Of a DNA stretch of 64,000 bases, positions 63,080 to 64,000 are shown in pieces. Origin of the DNA: a virus. Location: the UHGV virus genome UHGV-0113858, one strand, 5' to 3'. Each line of letters opens with the position of its first letter. The stretch's first letter is position 1. The notes under the pieces are model-generated. The model made no database searches and had not been told where the DNA came from. It saw only the letters and a list, made by a program, of their open reading frames with translations. Both the position numbers and the translations under genes were made by a program.

Positions 63080-64000
63080 GTGTCAAATCGCAGAAACAGA
63101 AAAAGAAAGAATGCGGTGGCAAAAGCAGGGAATGAAAACCTTGCTGTGAGTCGTGTCCGTACTGGAGAACTTGGTAGTGGAGCATTGTCTCAGATTCGTG
63201 CTGAATCTGAGATTATGAAGGTTGAAGAACTCCGCTGGCCTATGTTCCTCGCAACAGTGGATTCCATGAAGCAAGACCATACTGTTGCCACAGCGCTGGA
63301 TACGAAATATGTTTTTGTCACCAAGGCTTTCAATGATTTTAAAATTCTTTTCAACCGAGATAGTGAAGAGTCTAAAAAAGCGGCAGATTTCGTCGAGTAT
63401 GCTCTGAAGAATCTTGCTAACCAACAGACGCTTCGCGATGTGGCGAGAAGTGCTGCGACATTTAACGAGTATGGTTTCTCTGTATTCGAAAAGGTCTACA
63501 GAACAGAATCCGCGCCATCTAAGTACGCAGGCTATATGACGATCGACAAAATTGCTTTCCGTCCTCAGTCAAGCCTCTCTCGTACAAAACCTTTTGTCTT
63601 CAGCGATGATGGAAGGACAATCACGGGTGTTTATCAAAGCGCACTGGCTTTTGCTAATTTTCGGAATGGGATGAACCAGATTGCTGGGGCGATGAGTCTC
63701 GTCACAAATCTGTCAGGAAGTGCTGATGAGAAATTCATTCCTGTGAATAAGTTGATGATAATGTCTCTTGGTGGGACAGAATCAAATCCTACAGGTGTAT
63801 CACCTCTTGTTGGCTGTTACCGTGCGTTCCGTGAAAAAATCCTGATCGAAAACCTTGAAGTTATAGGGGCATCTAAGGATCTCGGTGGTATCATTGAATT
63901 AAAGATCCCTTCTTCAATTCTGAATAAGGCGTCTATGGACCCGAGATCACCTGAAGCAGATATGGTTCGTGGTCTGATGGCTGACGCCGCAAACGCACAC
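63080..64000 (+). CDS. portal protein (5' partial; runs off window end)
   Basis: GTG start after AGAGGGGA RBS; open frame to end of window directly downstream of terL; MSNRRNRKRKN basic N-terminus. Confidence 0.45.
   Translation, partial: MSNRRNRKRKNAVAKAGNENLAVSRVRTGELGSGALSQIRAESEIMKVEELRWPMFLATVDSMKQDHTVATALDTKYVFVTKAFNDFKILFNRDSEESKKAADFVEYALKNLANQQTLRDVARSAATFNEYGFSVFEKVYRTESAPSKYAGYMTIDKIAFRPQSSLSRTKPFVFSDDGRTITGVYQSALAFANFRNGMNQIAGAMSLVTNLSGSADEKFIPVNKLMIMSLGGTESNPTGVSPLVGCYRAFREKILIENLEVIGASKDLGGIIELKIPSSILNKASMDPRSPEADMVRGLMADAANAH

Noticed and set aside
1-64000. CRISPR arrays, integrase/transposase genes, att-like flanking repeats
   Set aside because: No regularly spaced direct repeats with unique spacers were seen, and no tyrosine/serine recombinase or transposase motifs were recognised; the window looks like a strictly virulent phage segment

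Overview
This window reads as a slice of a large virulent dsDNA phage with a T4/T5/Felix-O1-like gene repertoire; that assignment is inference from gene content only. Bases ~4.4-46.5 kb are one long leftward (minus-strand) early/nucleotide-metabolism block. Motif-level calls there include NrdA, NrdB, glutaredoxin, ThyX, dNMP kinase, a HAD 5'-nucleotidase, PhoH, a GH19 endolysin, ATP-dependent DNA ligase, FEN/5'-3' exonuclease, endonuclease VII, a RuvC-like nuclease, a DEDD exonuclease, a class II CCA-adding enzyme, a Dam-like methyltransferase, an SPFH/HflK-like lipoprotein, a Sir2 homologue, a NADAR domain protein, a ClpP-like peptidase and several HNH homing endonucleases. An antisense promoter-to-terminator cassette (8.4-10.55 kb) encoding a T5orf172-type protein is embedded in this block. 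A divergent promoter hub at 46.49-46.79 kb launches a rightward operon: two winged-helix proteins, then PRPP synthetase and nicotinamide phosphoribosyltransferase (NAD+ salvage). This runs into a tRNA island (51.6-59.1 kb) with about 26 tRNA or tRNA-like genes, several structurally aberrant, interspersed with small ORFs, an HNH endonuclease and promoters. After a strong terminator come a CCA/PAP-like nucleotidyltransferase, an i-spanin/o-spanin pair, and then the large terminase and the start of a portal gene. Bases 1.9-3.7 kb form an ~1.85-kb ORF-poor region between convergent transcription units. It is packed with perfect inverted repeats, direct repeats, palindromic 13-19-mers and a G-quadruplex-type G-tract island. 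The most interesting candidates are (i) an NAD+-centred counter-defence set (Prs + NAMPT with Sir2 and NADAR), (ii) a split Pnkp-like RNA healing/sealing triad beside the tRNA island, (iii) two unusual nucleotidyltransferase-fold proteins, (iv) the antisense moron cassette, and (v) the aberrant tRNA-like RNAs. No CRISPR array was seen. All tRNA folds were done by hand and need tRNAscan-SE/ARAGORN confirmation.
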